This document shows, piece after piece, positions 1 through 10,470 of a stretch of DNA of 64,000 nt. Source of the stretch: an uncultured Nitrospiraceae bacterium. GTDB lineage: Bacteria; Nitrospirota; Nitrospiria; Nitrospirales; Nitrospiraceae. The translations under genes were made by a program, and so were the position numbers. The stretch spans positions 864,001 to 928,000 of the forward strand of contig CAWJWJ010000001.1 in assembly GCA_963846575.1 (NCBI GenBank), in the 5' to 3' direction. A model generated the notes under the pieces. It searched no databases. It saw only the letters and a program-made list of their open reading frames with translations, and was not told where the DNA came from. Position 1 is the first letter of the stretch. Each line of letters starts with the position of its first letter.

Positions 1-333
1 GGCTTCCAGCGCGTGGCGGCTCAACGGCACGTCATGCTGCCGGATGTTGGGAGAGCGGATGGTAATGGTGCCGGAGGGACTAAAGATCTGGAAGAATTTG
101 TCGATGCGGGTCAGCTCGGGAAACTGGCTGAGCAGCGCCCCCTCGTCGATGAGGGGGAGAAATCCGCGTGTCTCCAGGGATCGCACGGCAGTCGATGCGG
201 TTTCTTCCAAAGATTCGTCAACCTGATCACGGAGACCGCGGGCTGTGATGGTGTAGAGAACGACGGAAAATGTCAGGAGGATGAGCGCTAGTGCCGTGCC
301 GTACCAGAGTGTGAGCCGGACTCGAAGCGGCAT
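1..333 (-). CDS. Sensor histidine kinase, N-terminal part (CusS/heavy-metal sensor style), truncated by window edge
   Basis: Not in the ORF track. Manual translation from ATG at 333 gives MPLRVRLTLWYGTALALILLTFSVVLY..., a typical kinase TM1 start. The ATG overlaps the response-regulator stop (TGATG). Confidence 0.8.
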   Translation of the reverse strand, partial: MPLRVRLTLWYGTALALILLTFSVVLYTITARGLRDQVDESLEETASTAVRSLETRGFLPLIDEGALLSQFPELTRIDKFFQIFSPSGTITIRSPNIRQHDVPLSRHALEA

Positions 334-1004
334 CAGTCGACCTTGAGCATGTACCCGCTCCCTCGAACGGTATGGATCAACTTTCGTGCGCGGCCGCGAT
401 CGATTTTATTGCGGAGGTAATTCACATACACGTCGATGACATTGGTGAAGGTATCGAAATCCTGATTCCACACGTGATCGGAAATCATCGGACGAGTCAA
501 CACGCGACCGGCATGGCGCATGAAGTACTCCAATAGCGCATATTCTTTCACCGTGAGCTCAATGCGTTGTCCTCCCCGCGTTACCTCCCGCGTGGCCGGA
601 TTGAGCACGAGATCGTCGATTTGGAAGATCCCGGAAGATTCGGTAGGTCCGCGCCTCAACAGAGCCCGCACACGGGCAAGCAGTTCGTCGATGGCGAATG
701 GTTTGGTGAGATAATCGTCTGCACCGGCATCGAGGCCTTTGACCCGCTGGTCCACCTTCGACTGCGCGGTGAGGATTAGCACCGGCGTGTGAATTTTTCC
801 CTTCCGAAGGCGAGTCAACACTTCCAACCCCGGGAGACCGGGCAACATCAAATCGATCATGATGAGGTCGTAACTGCCGCTCAACGCCATGTCGAGGCCT
901 TGAGCGCCGTCCTCACAGAGGTCGACGGCATAGCTTTCCTCTTCCAAGGCTCGCTTGATGAAGGAGCCTACCTTGGTTTCATCTTCAATGACGAGCACAC
1001 GCAT
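333..1004 (-). CDS. OmpR/PhoB-family response regulator (CusR/CzcR-like)
   Basis: MRVLVIEDE, DLIMIDLMLP, GADDYLTKPF and winged-helix TNVIDVYVNYLRNKID/IHTVRGSGY. Start trimmed to ATG 1004. Confidence 0.95.
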   Translation of the reverse strand: MRVLVIEDETKVGSFIKRALEEESYAVDLCEDGAQGLDMALSGSYDLIMIDLMLPGLPGLEVLTRLRKGKIHTPVLILTAQSKVDQRVKGLDAGADDYLTKPFAIDELLARVRALLRRGPTESSGIFQIDDLVLNPATREVTRGGQRIELTVKEYALLEYFMRHAGRVLTRPMISDHVWNQDFDTFTNVIDVYVNYLRNKIDRGRARKLIHTVRGSGYMLKVD

Positions 1005-1026
1005 AAATAGACTCGTGGGTGAGAGG

Positions 1027-1035
1027 ATTATATCA
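1027..1035 (-). promoter_or_regulatory. Extended -10 element (TGnTATAAT) upstream of the response regulator
   Basis: Minus strand reads TGATATAAT about 23 nt before the ATG; no good -35 element. Confidence 0.45.
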
Positions 1036-1083
1036 GAGGTGGCCCTGTCTATGAGAAGCGCAACTTGGCAAGGGAAGAATGGG

Positions 1084-2217
1084 TCACGTGCGGCCGGCAA
1101 GGACATCGGTATGGGAGTGCAGTCGGCAGAGCGAGCGGATGTCTGTCCAGTCTTCCCCCGGGAGGAGCGTGCGGGCCCCGGTGAGCGGGGAACCAGCCAG
1201 GGCGGCCAGTGTGGCCAGCCGCTTCTCCATGTCCGGATGAGTCGCGAGAAACTCCGGCGGGCCGCCATGGCCCTCCGTATCCTGCTGCATGAGTTCATAA
1301 AACGAAATCATGGCGGCGGGATCGAGGCGGGCGGCCTTCATCATGTGAAGCCCTTCGATATCGGCCTCGGTCTCATGAGTCCGGCTGTAGTGCAGTGAGC
1401 TCATGGTTCGGGCACCGTCAACCCCCAAGGCCAGCCCCCCTGACACATCTCCGGACATGATGGTGAGCAGAAAGGTTGCGGCGGTCTGCTCGAGAATGGC
1501 CCGAGTGGCATGGCGTTGATAGACATGTTGAAGCTCGTGCGCCATCACGCCTGCGAGTTGTTCCGGATTAGCGGTGTGCTCCAACAGGCCGCGAAGAATC
1601 ACAACCTGTCCCCCGGGTACGGCGAACGCGTTGATGGCGGGCGCATCCACAACCGCAAGCCTGATGCGATAGGGCGATTCCGGACGTGTTGCGAGGAGGG
1701 GTTGCACCACCTGCTCGAGTTTGCGCAGACGTTCCGGGTCGCGGCATTGGCGTGCCTCCGGCGCCAGATGCCGAGTCACCTGCTGCCCGAGCGTTTCTTC
1801 CCAGGCCGGCGGCACATAGTGTGTGGCCACGGCGGCCATGCCTGGGATACCCCACCGATACAGGCCGGCCATCATGAGCAGGACCCCCAGCGCAGCACAG
1901 AACGTCCAACGCCCGCGACCCCTTCGCCGGGACGGATCATGAAAGTGCTGAACCAGGGTGGGGGCGGCCTGGTGAAGGGCGGTCAACAGGGCTGGTGAGG
2001 TCACGACGACCGCCTCCGCCGGTTCGGGCCCGAACTCCAAACGGACCGGCTCACCGTGATACGTGCCTTGTGTCTGGCGAATCTGATCGTAGGGCCACCG
2101 TTTGAGTGCTCCGTCTGGCCAGCGAAGGTGCAAGGCAGCCGGAGCGATGGTGAGGGTGACAGGGTGACGCGTGGCCGTACGGCCATCGAGATAGTGGGCG
2201 GTCCAGTCAGTGGGCAT
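1084..2217 (-). CDS. M48-family zinc metallopeptidase with N-terminal cytoplasmic domain and TM anchor
   Basis: INAFAVPGG, HELQH (HExxH), YSRTHETEAD and FLATHP motifs; TM at WTFCAALGVLLMMAGLY. Confidence 0.9.
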   Translation of the reverse strand: MPTDWTAHYLDGRTATRHPVTLTIAPAALHLRWPDGALKRWPYDQIRQTQGTYHGEPVRLEFGPEPAEAVVVTSPALLTALHQAAPTLVQHFHDPSRRRGRGRWTFCAALGVLLMMAGLYRWGIPGMAAVATHYVPPAWEETLGQQVTRHLAPEARQCRDPERLRKLEQVVQPLLATRPESPYRIRLAVVDAPAINAFAVPGGQVVILRGLLEHTANPEQLAGVMAHELQHVYQRHATRAILEQTAATFLLTIMSGDVSGGLALGVDGARTMSSLHYSRTHETEADIEGLHMMKAARLDPAAMISFYELMQQDTEGHGGPPEFLATHPDMEKRLATLAALAGSPLTGARTLLPGEDWTDIRSLCRLHSHTDVLAGRT

Positions 2218-2220
2218 GGG

Positions 2221-3501
2221 CTAATCCATATCAAAACCGGTGTCAAGCAGGTTGGACAGCCCCTCTCCGGTGACCGATGACACGGTGAGGTCTTGCAGGA
2301 TGTTGTCGAAATTCGCAGCGCCCCGTAAGGACAAGGTACTGGTATAGAACCGGGCGTTCCGGGCTGTTACCCAGGGCCATGCGAAGCCCAAGGTGACGAG
2401 CAGCAGACCGATGTTGCCAAGGTATAGACTCAGGAGCTTTTGCCAGGTGATCCCGGACGAAAAGCAGGCCGAGCCGAAGGTGGTGTGGTCCCAGAAGTAT
2501 TTGTGTTTTTGTCCGAGGAGCCAGATCCAGACCGGTCCTAACACCAAAGGAATCAGGAGCAAAGTCAGGCCGGCATTGGTCAGTTGAAAGGCCAGGGTAA
2601 GGCCGCACAGCAGCAGCACCGCGTAGGTCACAAAGAGTGTGACCGCAAAGGGAACCATGAGACCCGAGCCATGACCCGTGAAGTCGAAGCGTTGGTTCCC
2701 CACATAGGTATGCGAGTATAGGAACGCCTGCCGTCGGGTTTGGAAGTAGGGGTAGTAGGTGCCCAGAGTGAGGACCGTGAAGCACCATCCACGAATATAG
2801 AGCGTCATGAAGTCTTTCGTTCTTCCCCGGAACGAGAAACGGATTCCTCTCCAGGACGTGCGCGTTAGGCGATAGCGTCTCGCGTTGATCATGGCAATGG
2901 GGACATAGAGGGACAGCACCAGACCACCTAGGACCTGGGACAACATGTCGATCCAGGTGGGGAGCGCGAGAAACGTATGGACGGCAACCAGTAGGAAGTA
3001 GGGGATGCCGAACACCAGCATGGCTTTGAGAAATCCCTGATAGAGCTCTTTGCCGGTACCGTGATAGACGAATCGGTCTCCGGCGAAGGCGGTTTGGCTG
3101 AACAGATAACGGCGGATCTTGGCCTTTCCCCAAAAATGATATACGCCCAGCGTCGCCATACTGAAGCAGATATTCACGATCTGCATGCCGAGGAGAGTGC
3201 TGCCGGTTCCGTGGAAGGAGCAGTGCTTCTCGGCAGTGGCGTCTTCCGCCGCCTCGGTTGCGTGTGGGTGAAGATCGGCGAGGGAACGCTCGCATTGAGA
3301 CGTGACCTGGTCGAGGGGGCCGGGGGAGGAGGCGGGTTTGAGGCTCACCACTGCGAATCTCGCGCCGCAGGTCCGGCAGGTGCTGTGTGCCGAAGGTCTG
3401 AGACGGTTTGGCTGGTGCAGGCGGTAACGGGTGAGGCACTGGTGGCAATCTATTGTTAAGGCTTGGCCTGGCGTGTCCAGGGAAGTGCCGATCGTCGTCA
3501 T
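2221..3501 (-). CDS. YjgN/DUF898-family inner-membrane protein with N-terminal zinc ribbon
   Basis: FHGTG...TLGVYHFWGKAKIRRY, RTSWRGIRFSF and TLGFAWPW motifs; N-terminal CHQC...CRTC. Confidence 0.88.
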   Translation of the reverse strand: MTTIGTSLDTPGQALTIDCHQCLTRYRLHQPNRLRPSAHSTCRTCGARFAVVSLKPASSPGPLDQVTSQCERSLADLHPHATEAAEDATAEKHCSFHGTGSTLLGMQIVNICFSMATLGVYHFWGKAKIRRYLFSQTAFAGDRFVYHGTGKELYQGFLKAMLVFGIPYFLLVAVHTFLALPTWIDMLSQVLGGLVLSLYVPIAMINARRYRLTRTSWRGIRFSFRGRTKDFMTLYIRGWCFTVLTLGTYYPYFQTRRQAFLYSHTYVGNQRFDFTGHGSGLMVPFAVTLFVTYAVLLLCGLTLAFQLTNAGLTLLLIPLVLGPVWIWLLGQKHKYFWDHTTFGSACFSSGITWQKLLSLYLGNIGLLLVTLGFAWPWVTARNARFYTSTLSLRGAANFDNILQDLTVSSVTGEGLSNLLDTGFDMD

Positions 3502-3504
3502 GGT

Positions 3505-4824
3505 TCAACAGGCCTGTTGGAAGCCGGATGCACAGGCTCGCTGGAGGTCCTGCAGGAAGCCCGGGGTGTCTCCCTTGGCTCGCCTGATGACCGAGCGTTC
3601 GAAATGGGCGCGGCCGTTCTGCGGCTGCCGGGCGATATAGTGATCCCACAGGACCAGCGCCTGATCCCACTGTTGACGTTGTCTGTGGATTTGGGCAGCG
3701 GCACCGTAGGCCTCCAGGAACGTCGGATCCAGATTGATCGCGGCATGGAAGGCAACGAGGGCCTCTTCCGAGGCTTCTTTTTGGACGAGGGCGGTGCCGC
3801 GTGCGTGATAGGCCAGTGGATCATCCGGATCCAGGTTCAGCGCTTCGGCGTAGGCAAACAGCGCCCTATCAAGTTGCCCCAGTTTTTGGAAGGTCCTCCC
3901 TTTTTCGCGATGCGCTTTGGCCTGGGAAAAGTCCTTTCCGCCATGTTCACGCAGCAGTTGGATGAGGGCAGGGTCTTCGTCCGCCTGGGCAATCTCCAGC
4001 GCGGTCTGACCGTGGCTTTTCCGGTTTATAGGGATGCCGTGTTCAAGCAGGACATGGACGGCGGCCAGATGGCCCTGGCGCACGGCTCGATGCAACGCCG
4101 AATCGCCGTCGCTGTGGGTCGCTCGGAGATCGGCTCTCTGGGACAAGAGCACGGTTATCGTGTCCGCATGCCCCCCTTCCGCGGCAGCCAGGAGCGCTGT
4201 GTCCCCTTGCCTGGTCTTAGCGTTCGGGTTGGCCCCCTGTTGCAACAGCAAGGCCACGACGGCTGTGTGGCCCCGCCGCGCCGCTTCATGCAGGGCCGTT
4301 CGCCCCTTGCCATTCCGCCGATCGATTTGCCCCGGTTCTGCGAGCAGCAGGGCGGTTGTAGCCAGATCTCCTCGTGCCGCTGCCAGATGAAGCGGAGTCC
4401 ACGCGTTCGTTTTGAGAATGAAAGGGGATAGCATCAATTCATCGATATGGTACGGATCGTGAGTCGTTTTGATTTGGGCGAACATCCAGTAGGCCACCCC
4501 CGAGAGCAGGGCATAGTTGAGCAGGCAGGCCAGGACCGCTACCGCGAGGCCGGCCACGCGTCGGGACAGATCGGGTGAGCCCGCCGCATTATCGGCATGC
4601 GGACCAACAGTCTCTATATCGGCTGGTTTCCCATCAGGATTGAGAATGATCAAGTTCTCAGCACATGCGGGGCAAGAAACCTGCTGCAGGGCAACATCAG
4701 GCACGAGGCGGCAATCGACCGCTGCTTTGCAAAATGGACAGGTGAGAGTCTGCGCCCCTTCCGCAGGCACACCGGACGTATAGGCAGATGCGGGGGATGT
4801 CATGCCTGGGTGAACGGTTGCCAT
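3505..4824 (-). CDS. Zn-ribbon + single TM + ankyrin repeats + TPR protein (start uncertain, 4803-4908)
   Basis: CPFC...CPAC; hydrophobic helix; TPLHLAA, TALHEAA, TALLAAA and SALHRAV ankyrin starts; TPR-like ALNLDPDDPLAYHARG and AINLDPTFLEAY. Confidence 0.85.
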   Translation of the reverse strand: MATVHPGMTSPASAYTSGVPAEGAQTLTCPFCKAAVDCRLVPDVALQQVSCPACAENLIILNPDGKPADIETVGPHADNAAGSPDLSRRVAGLAVAVLACLLNYALLSGVAYWMFAQIKTTHDPYHIDELMLSPFILKTNAWTPLHLAAARGDLATTALLLAEPGQIDRRNGKGRTALHEAARRGHTAVVALLLQQGANPNAKTRQGDTALLAAAEGGHADTITVLLSQRADLRATHSDGDSALHRAVRQGHLAAVHVLLEHGIPINRKSHGQTALEIAQADEDPALIQLLREHGGKDFSQAKAHREKGRTFQKLGQLDRALFAYAEALNLDPDDPLAYHARGTALVQKEASEEALVAFHAAINLDPTFLEAYGAAAQIHRQRQQWDQALVLWDHYIARQPQNGRAHFERSVIRRAKGDTPGFLQDLQRACASGFQQAC

Positions 4825-4962
4825 ACTGCCTGAAGACCCTTCGCCCGGGCGCAATCCGACAATCACGAGGGAAATGTCTCTCACTGACCATTTGAAAGGA
4901 TAGCGCAAAACCGCAGAAGCACAACCGGACGCGGGCGGTCGGCTGCCGCAGGGAGACAGCCG

Positions 4963-6618
4963 TTATGCCGGCGGAAATTTGGTAATGGTGACGGGGCTGT
5001 AAGTAAGCAGTGGGCCATCCGGACGCCGATAGCTGAGGGTATGACGGAGCCAGGCCCCGTCGTTCCGAGTGGGAAAGTCGGCTCGATAATGAGCTCCGCG
5101 GCTTTCCTCACGCCCCAGTGCGCTCACCACGATGGCATGTGCGATCTCCAGCAGGCAGTGGACTTCAAGTGCCTGGATGAGATCGGTGTTAAAAACTTTT
5201 CCTTTGTCCTGTACGCACATCTGTTGCGCGCGAACCTTCAGTGATTCGATGGCGGCCACAGCTTCGGACATCGATTGCCGCGTGCGGAAAATTCCGAGGT
5301 TGAGGCTCATGGTTTTGCCGAGATCATCGCGGATTTGCCAGGCTCGCTCTGGTCCGGTACTCGTCAGGATGTTTGCGATTCGTTGTTCTTCCTGCTGCAG
5401 CATCGTTCCGGGAACGGGTTGGTGAGTACAATGCCGGACGGATTCCGCCGCTCTTGTTCCCGTGCGGCGCCCGAACACGATGGTTTCAAGAAGGGAATTT
5501 CCTCCCAGGCGATTGGCTCCATGCACACTCAGGCAGGCGCATTCGCCTGCAGCGAATAACCCCGGCAAATCGGTTTCCCCCCAGGCATTGGCTTTCACGC
5601 CGCCCATTTGATAATGGGCACCAGGCCGAATGGGAATGGGCGTTTCGATGGGATCCAACCCGGCGAACTGCAGTGACAATTCCCGAATCTGCGGGAGCCG
5701 CTCGAGAATGCGGCTGCGGCCGAGGTGACGAAGGTCCAGGAGGACACACCCATCGACTCCCCGTCCTTCTTGAATTTCTTGGCCGATGGCCAACGATACC
5801 GTGGAACGGGTCGCGAGTTCCATTTGCTCCGGCGCATACCGTTTCATGAATCGCTCACCGAGCGTGTTCAGTAAATACGCGCCCTCTCCTCTCGCGCCTT
5901 CGGTGATCAGGATGCCGGTATCTTTGAGTGTGGTGGGATGGAACTGCACAAATTCCATGTCCTCCAGAGGAAGTCCCGCCTGATACGCCAAGGCCATGCC
6001 GTCGCCGGTATTGATCACGGCATTCGTGCTGGTTGAGAAGACCCTGCCGCACCCCCCCGTGGCGAGGATGACTGCCTTTGCGCGGATGGCCTGCAATCCG
6101 CCATGGACCAGATCCCAGGCGATGACGCCGCAACAACGGCCCGCTTCCACCATCAGTGCCGTGACATACCATTCTTCGTAGACGCGGCAGCGGCGCTTCA
6201 ACAGTTGTTCGTACATGGCATGCAACAGCGCATGTCCCGTGCGGTCCTCGGCATAGCAGGTTCTTGGAAATCCCGCTCCTCCGAACGGCCGTTGAGCAAT
6301 GCGGCCCTCCGGCGTACGGCTGAAGATGACGCCCATGCGTTCAAGTTCTAGAATGTCCTGGGGTGCTTCCCGGCACATGGCTTCGATGGCATCCTGATCA
6401 CCCAGATAAAGGCCTCCCTTGGCCGTATCATAGGCATGGGCTTCCCAGGAATCTTCTTCGCCAATGGCCGCGTTGATGCCTCCCTGGGCGGCCACCGAAT
6501 GACTGCGAACCGGGTGAACTTTTGAGAGGAGGGCGACATCGACGTCGGCCGGGACCGCAATGGCGGCTCGCATGCCGGCGAGTCCCGCTCCGACGATCAG
6601 GATATCATGGGTGATCAT
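4963..6618 (-). CDS. sdhA: Succinate dehydrogenase/fumarate reductase flavoprotein subunit
   Basis: GAGLAG, RSHSVAAQGG (covalent FAD His), EFVQFHPT, LITEGARGEG, HYQMGG, HGANRLGGNSL, ESRGAH. Confidence 0.9.
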   Translation of the reverse strand: MITHDILIVGAGLAGMRAAIAVPADVDVALLSKVHPVRSHSVAAQGGINAAIGEEDSWEAHAYDTAKGGLYLGDQDAIEAMCREAPQDILELERMGVIFSRTPEGRIAQRPFGGAGFPRTCYAEDRTGHALLHAMYEQLLKRRCRVYEEWYVTALMVEAGRCCGVIAWDLVHGGLQAIRAKAVILATGGCGRVFSTSTNAVINTGDGMALAYQAGLPLEDMEFVQFHPTTLKDTGILITEGARGEGAYLLNTLGERFMKRYAPEQMELATRSTVSLAIGQEIQEGRGVDGCVLLDLRHLGRSRILERLPQIRELSLQFAGLDPIETPIPIRPGAHYQMGGVKANAWGETDLPGLFAAGECACLSVHGANRLGGNSLLETIVFGRRTGTRAAESVRHCTHQPVPGTMLQQEEQRIANILTSTGPERAWQIRDDLGKTMSLNLGIFRTRQSMSEAVAAIESLKVRAQQMCVQDKGKVFNTDLIQALEVHCLLEIAHAIVVSALGREESRGAHYRADFPTRNDGAWLRHTLSYRRPDGPLLTYSPVTITKFPPA

Positions 6619-6821
6619 GTGCCATTGTATCGTGTCAGGGGTGCCATGGCGCGGTGAACGGTGATTGAAGTCCGGGCAACGACACTAATACCGCACGAAA
6701 CCACGGAAAACAAGAGAGAGGGATTCAAGTCGGACGCTTGGAAAACTCGCGCCTGCATGATAGGTTACTTGACGCTGCTTTCTATGAACTCGTGTCCCAA
6801 CTTTTAGTAGGATTCACTTCC

Positions 6822-9707
6822 ATGCCACACTCTCACTTTCTTGAGCCTAACGACATGTTTGTGCCTCGTCATATCGGTCCTTCGGAGGCCGACATTCAGG
6901 AGATGCTGGCCGCATTAAGTCTGCCGTCGCTGGAGGCGCTCGTGGAGGCGACCGTTCCAGCTGACATCAGGCTCCAAGGATCCCTCACCCTGCCTTCTTC
7001 TCGCGGCGAGCAGGATGTGCTGGCAGAATTGCGCGGCCTGGCTCAGCAAAATCATGTCTGGCGGTCCCTTATCGGGATGGGTTACTACGATTGCGTCACC
7101 CCGCTGGTGATCCAACGTAATATTCTCGAAAATCCCGGGTGGTATACCCAATACACTCCCTATCAGGCCGAGATTGCGCAGGGTCGTCTCGAAGCGTTGG
7201 TCAATTTTCAGACTATGATTGCCGACCTGAGCGGGCTACCGCTCGCTAACGCATCCCTCCTTGACGAGGCCACCGCGGCGGCGGAGGCGATGACGATGTG
7301 TGCGGCCATGTGCAAAGCGGCGGGACGTGAGCGTAAAAAATTTTTCGTTTCCGAGGATTGTCACCCCCAGACGATGGCTGTGATACAGACCCGCTCGGAA
7401 CCCATGGGCATTGCAGTCCACATCGGGGCGATCAAGTCGGTGGATCTTTCTCAGGGAGAGTTTTTCGGGGCCTTGCTCCAGTATCCGACGACGGACGGCT
7501 ACGTCGGCGATTATAGCGAGTTTGTCGCCCAGGCGCATAACGTCGGTGCCTATGTCGTGGTGGCGACCGATTTGCTGGCGTTGACGATGCTGCGGCCTCC
7601 AGGAGAGTTTGGTGCAGATGTGGCGGTCGGATCGAGTCAGCGGTTCGGTGTCCCGCTGGGGTTTGGCGGGCCGCATGCAGCCTTTCTTGCGACCAAAGAA
7701 GAATTTCGTCGACAAATGCCCGGACGAATCGTGGGCGTGTCAAAAGATGTCACGGGACGCCCGGCCTATCGGCTTGCGCTACAGACCCGAGAACAACATA
7801 TCCGCCGGGAGAAGGCCACGAGTAATATCTGCACCGCGCAGGTGCTGCTCGCGGTGATGGCCGGCATGTACGCCGTGTACCATGGGCCTCAGGGACTGCG
7901 GAAGATTGCGGAACGGATTCACGGCCTCACATTGGTACTGGCTGCGGGACTTCGCCGGCATGGCTGTGAAGTCAGTCTGGAGCCTGTGTTCGATACGTTG
8001 CGAGTCCCGCTTTCGCAGGTGCAATCGGAGGCGATCCTCAATCGGGCGAGACAGCAGAGAATCAATCTCCGGCGTTACGATGACCATAGTCTCGGTCTCT
8101 CTCTGGACGAGTGGAGTACATTAGACGAAGTGCAGCAGGTATTGGCGCTGTTTGGAGGTCATCACATTTCCGGTGAGGAGTTGCAGACTCTCGTGCAATC
8201 CATCGATGGCCGCTATCCTGCGACACTAGCCCGTACGACCCCATACCTCACGCATCCGGTCTTTAACCGGTACCATTCCGAACATGAAATGCTGCGGTAC
8301 ATCCACCGGCTTCAGTCACGGGATCTCTCGCTGGTGCATTCCATGATTCCGCTGGGCTCCTGCACGATGAAATTGAACGCGACAGCCGAAATGCTTCCAG
8401 TGACGTGGCCTGAGTTTGGCCGACTGCACCCCTTCGCGCCAGCCGAGCAGACGCAGGGCTATCAGGCTCTGTTCCAGCAGCTGGAATCCTGGCTGGCGGA
8501 TATGACAGGGTTCGCGGCCGTCTCGCTTCAACCCAACGCCGGCTCGCAGGGCGAGTATGCCGGCCTGATGGTGATCCGGGCCTACCACCGTCATCGGGGA
8601 GAGACCCAACGCGATGTCTGCCTGATTCCCGTTTCGGCACACGGAACGAATCCGGCGAGCGCGTCTATGTGCGGGATGACGGTCATTCCTGTTGCTTGCG
8701 ATCAGCGAGGGAACGTCGATTTAGCCGATCTCGAAGCCAAGGCCACCCAGTACCGCACCCGCCTGGCCGCTCTCATGATCACCTATCCTTCGACGCATGG
8801 CGTGTTCGAGGAAGGGATTCGCCGGATTTGCCAACTCGTGCATACGCATGGAGGGCAGGTTTACATGGACGGTGCCAACATGAATGCCCAAGTCGGACTT
8901 TGCCGACCGGCTGATTTCGGCGCCGACGTGTGCCATTTAAATCTTCACAAGACCTTTTGTATCCCACACGGCGGTGGCGGGCCGGGCATGGGGCCCATCG
9001 GTGTCGCACGACATTTGGCCCCGTTTATGCCGGGCCATCCCATCACCAACCTGGGTGGGGCGCAGTCAATCGGGCCGATCTCAGCCGCTGCTTACGGGAG
9101 CCCCAGCATCTTGACGATTCCATGGGTCTATATCGCACTGATGGGACGGGAGGGATTGACCAAGGCGACTCAAATTGCCATTTTGAACGCCAATTACATG
9201 GCCAAACGATTGGAAAAGTATTACCCGGTCTTGTATAGCGGAAACCGCGGGTTCGTTGCGCACGAGTTCATTCTAGATTTGCGCCCGCTGAAAGAAAGCA
9301 GCGGCGTTGAGGCGATGGATGTGGCGAAGCGTTTGATGGACTATGGATTTCATGCGCCTACGGTTTCGTTTCCCGTGGCAGGGACCTTAATGATCGAGCC
9401 GACCGAAAGCGAAGTAAAGGCAGAGTTGGATCGCTTGTGCGATGCCTTGATTGCGATCCGGGCCGAGATTCAGGACATTGCGGATGGACGGCAGCCACGC
9501 ACGGGTAATCTGTTGAAGAACGCCCCTCATACGGCGCTCGCGGTGACGGCATCCGAATGGGACAAACCCTACTCGCGTGAGCAGGCATCGTTTCCCGCTC
9601 CCTGGGTGCGAGAGAATAAGTTTTGGCCGAGTGTGGCCCGTATTGATGAGGCCTATGGGGACCGCAATCTGTTCTGTACCTGTCCGCCGATGGATGATGC
9701 CCATTGA
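6822..9707 (+). CDS. gcvP: Glycine dehydrogenase (decarboxylating), glycine cleavage P protein
   Basis: [52 protein letters not shown] (PLP Lys), [11 protein letters not shown]. Start trimmed to ATG 6822. Confidence 0.97.
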   Translation: MPHSHFLEPNDMFVPRHIGPSEADIQEMLAALSLPSLEALVEATVPADIRLQGSLTLPSSRGEQDVLAELRGLAQQNHVWRSLIGMGYYDCVTPLVIQRNILENPGWYTQYTPYQAEIAQGRLEALVNFQTMIADLSGLPLANASLLDEATAAAEAMTMCAAMCKAAGRERKKFFVSEDCHPQTMAVIQTRSEPMGIAVHIGAIKSVDLSQGEFFGALLQYPTTDGYVGDYSEFVAQAHNVGAYVVVATDLLALTMLRPPGEFGADVAVGSSQRFGVPLGFGGPHAAFLATKEEFRRQMPGRIVGVSKDVTGRPAYRLALQTREQHIRREKATSNICTAQVLLAVMAGMYAVYHGPQGLRKIAERIHGLTLVLAAGLRRHGCEVSLEPVFDTLRVPLSQVQSEAILNRARQQRINLRRYDDHSLGLSLDEWSTLDEVQQVLALFGGHHISGEELQTLVQSIDGRYPATLARTTPYLTHPVFNRYHSEHEMLRYIHRLQSRDLSLVHSMIPLGSCTMKLNATAEMLPVTWPEFGRLHPFAPAEQTQGYQALFQQLESWLADMTGFAAVSLQPNAGSQGEYAGLMVIRAYHRHRGETQRDVCLIPVSAHGTNPASASMCGMTVIPVACDQRGNVDLADLEAKATQYRTRLAALMITYPSTHGVFEEGIRRICQLVHTHGGQVYMDGANMNAQVGLCRPADFGADVCHLNLHKTFCIPHGGGGPGMGPIGVARHLAPFMPGHPITNLGGAQSIGPISAAAYGSPSILTIPWVYIALMGREGLTKATQIAILNANYMAKRLEKYYPVLYSGNRGFVAHEFILDLRPLKESSGVEAMDVAKRLMDYGFHAPTVSFPVAGTLMIEPTESEVKAELDRLCDALIAIRAEIQDIADGRQPRTGNLLKNAPHTALAVTASEWDKPYSREQASFPAPWVRENKFWPSVARIDEAYGDRNLFCTCPPMDDAH

Positions 9708-10356
9708 TGCCCACGATTCCGGGAATGCTATGGTCGGATCGCCGCCGTCTTGTTGGGCCCTGGTATGGGTTGTCCTTCCGTTAGTCGTCTGCTGTACGCT
9801 GCTCGCTTCCCCTGTATACAGCCCCGTTTGGGCCAGTCTCGAATCGGTCGTGGCTGATGACGGCCGACCAGGCCAACACCCGCTCGACGTCGATCCAGGC
9901 CTGACGTATCGCGCCGGCACCAGGCTGAGGATTCCAGGGACGGACTGGTCTTTCGTCGTGCCGGACCAATGGCAAAGTACTCGTCCTGAAGACTCTGAAA
10001 TGCCATTCCTGCTGGCCCAGGAGGGAAAGGGGCTGGGGATGATTTTCCCCCTTGCGGACGTAACGCGCGAGGCAATCCGCGATCACCTGAGTCAGCCGCT
10101 GTCGCTGCTCCACGGCGTATCCTTTGTTCCCGCGGGCAGTGAAGTCGAAACCGAGACGTCGATTGCCCGCTCCTATCAAGGTGAAGACATGGTTGGTCGC
10201 GCGCTTGCGACTCTCGGTCCGGAGAATGTGTGCGTCATCTATTTCATCATGGGCCCTGCAGGGGAGGCCTCAGAGTATGAGACGGTTCTCGAACGACTGC
10301 GAGCGTCTACCTGGTTTGTCGAACCAATCCGGGAAGAGGGGGTGAGGCTGCGATGA
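9694..10356 (+). CDS. Hypothetical exported or membrane-anchored protein
   Basis: ORF overlaps the gcvP stop; N-terminal hydrophobic segment followed by a globular domain; start uncertain. Confidence 0.6.
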   Translation: MMPIDAHDSGNAMVGSPPSCWALVWVVLPLVVCCTLLASPVYSPVWASLESVVADDGRPGQHPLDVDPGLTYRAGTRLRIPGTDWSFVVPDQWQSTRPEDSEMPFLLAQEGKGLGMIFPLADVTREAIRDHLSQPLSLLHGVSFVPAGSEVETETSIARSYQGEDMVGRALATLGPENVCVIYFIMGPAGEASEYETVLERLRASTWFVEPIREEGVRLR

Positions 10357-10470
10357 GGACAGGTTGCGAGGTGAGAACCGATACATCACCTGCCACGCTG
10401 CGCAATTCTGGTACTCCTCTTTCACATGCATAGGGTATCGCAATAAATCTTCGACCCATCGGCTCTACAC

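Noticed and set aside
1005..1298. N-terminal extension of the response regulator in the ORF track (similarly for gcvP, glk, Trm112, SWIM and DmpA ORFs)
   Set aside because: Extensions overlap neighbouring genes or promoters; family-typical starts lie downstream.
2243..4431. Long alternative ORFs 2243..3670(-) and 3463..4431(+)
   Set aside because: Off-frame or antisense shadows of well-supported genes; no motifs, atypical composition.
6619..6821. Glycine riboswitch upstream of gcvP
   Set aside because: Could not find the conserved aptamer motifs by eye; an Rfam scan would settle it.
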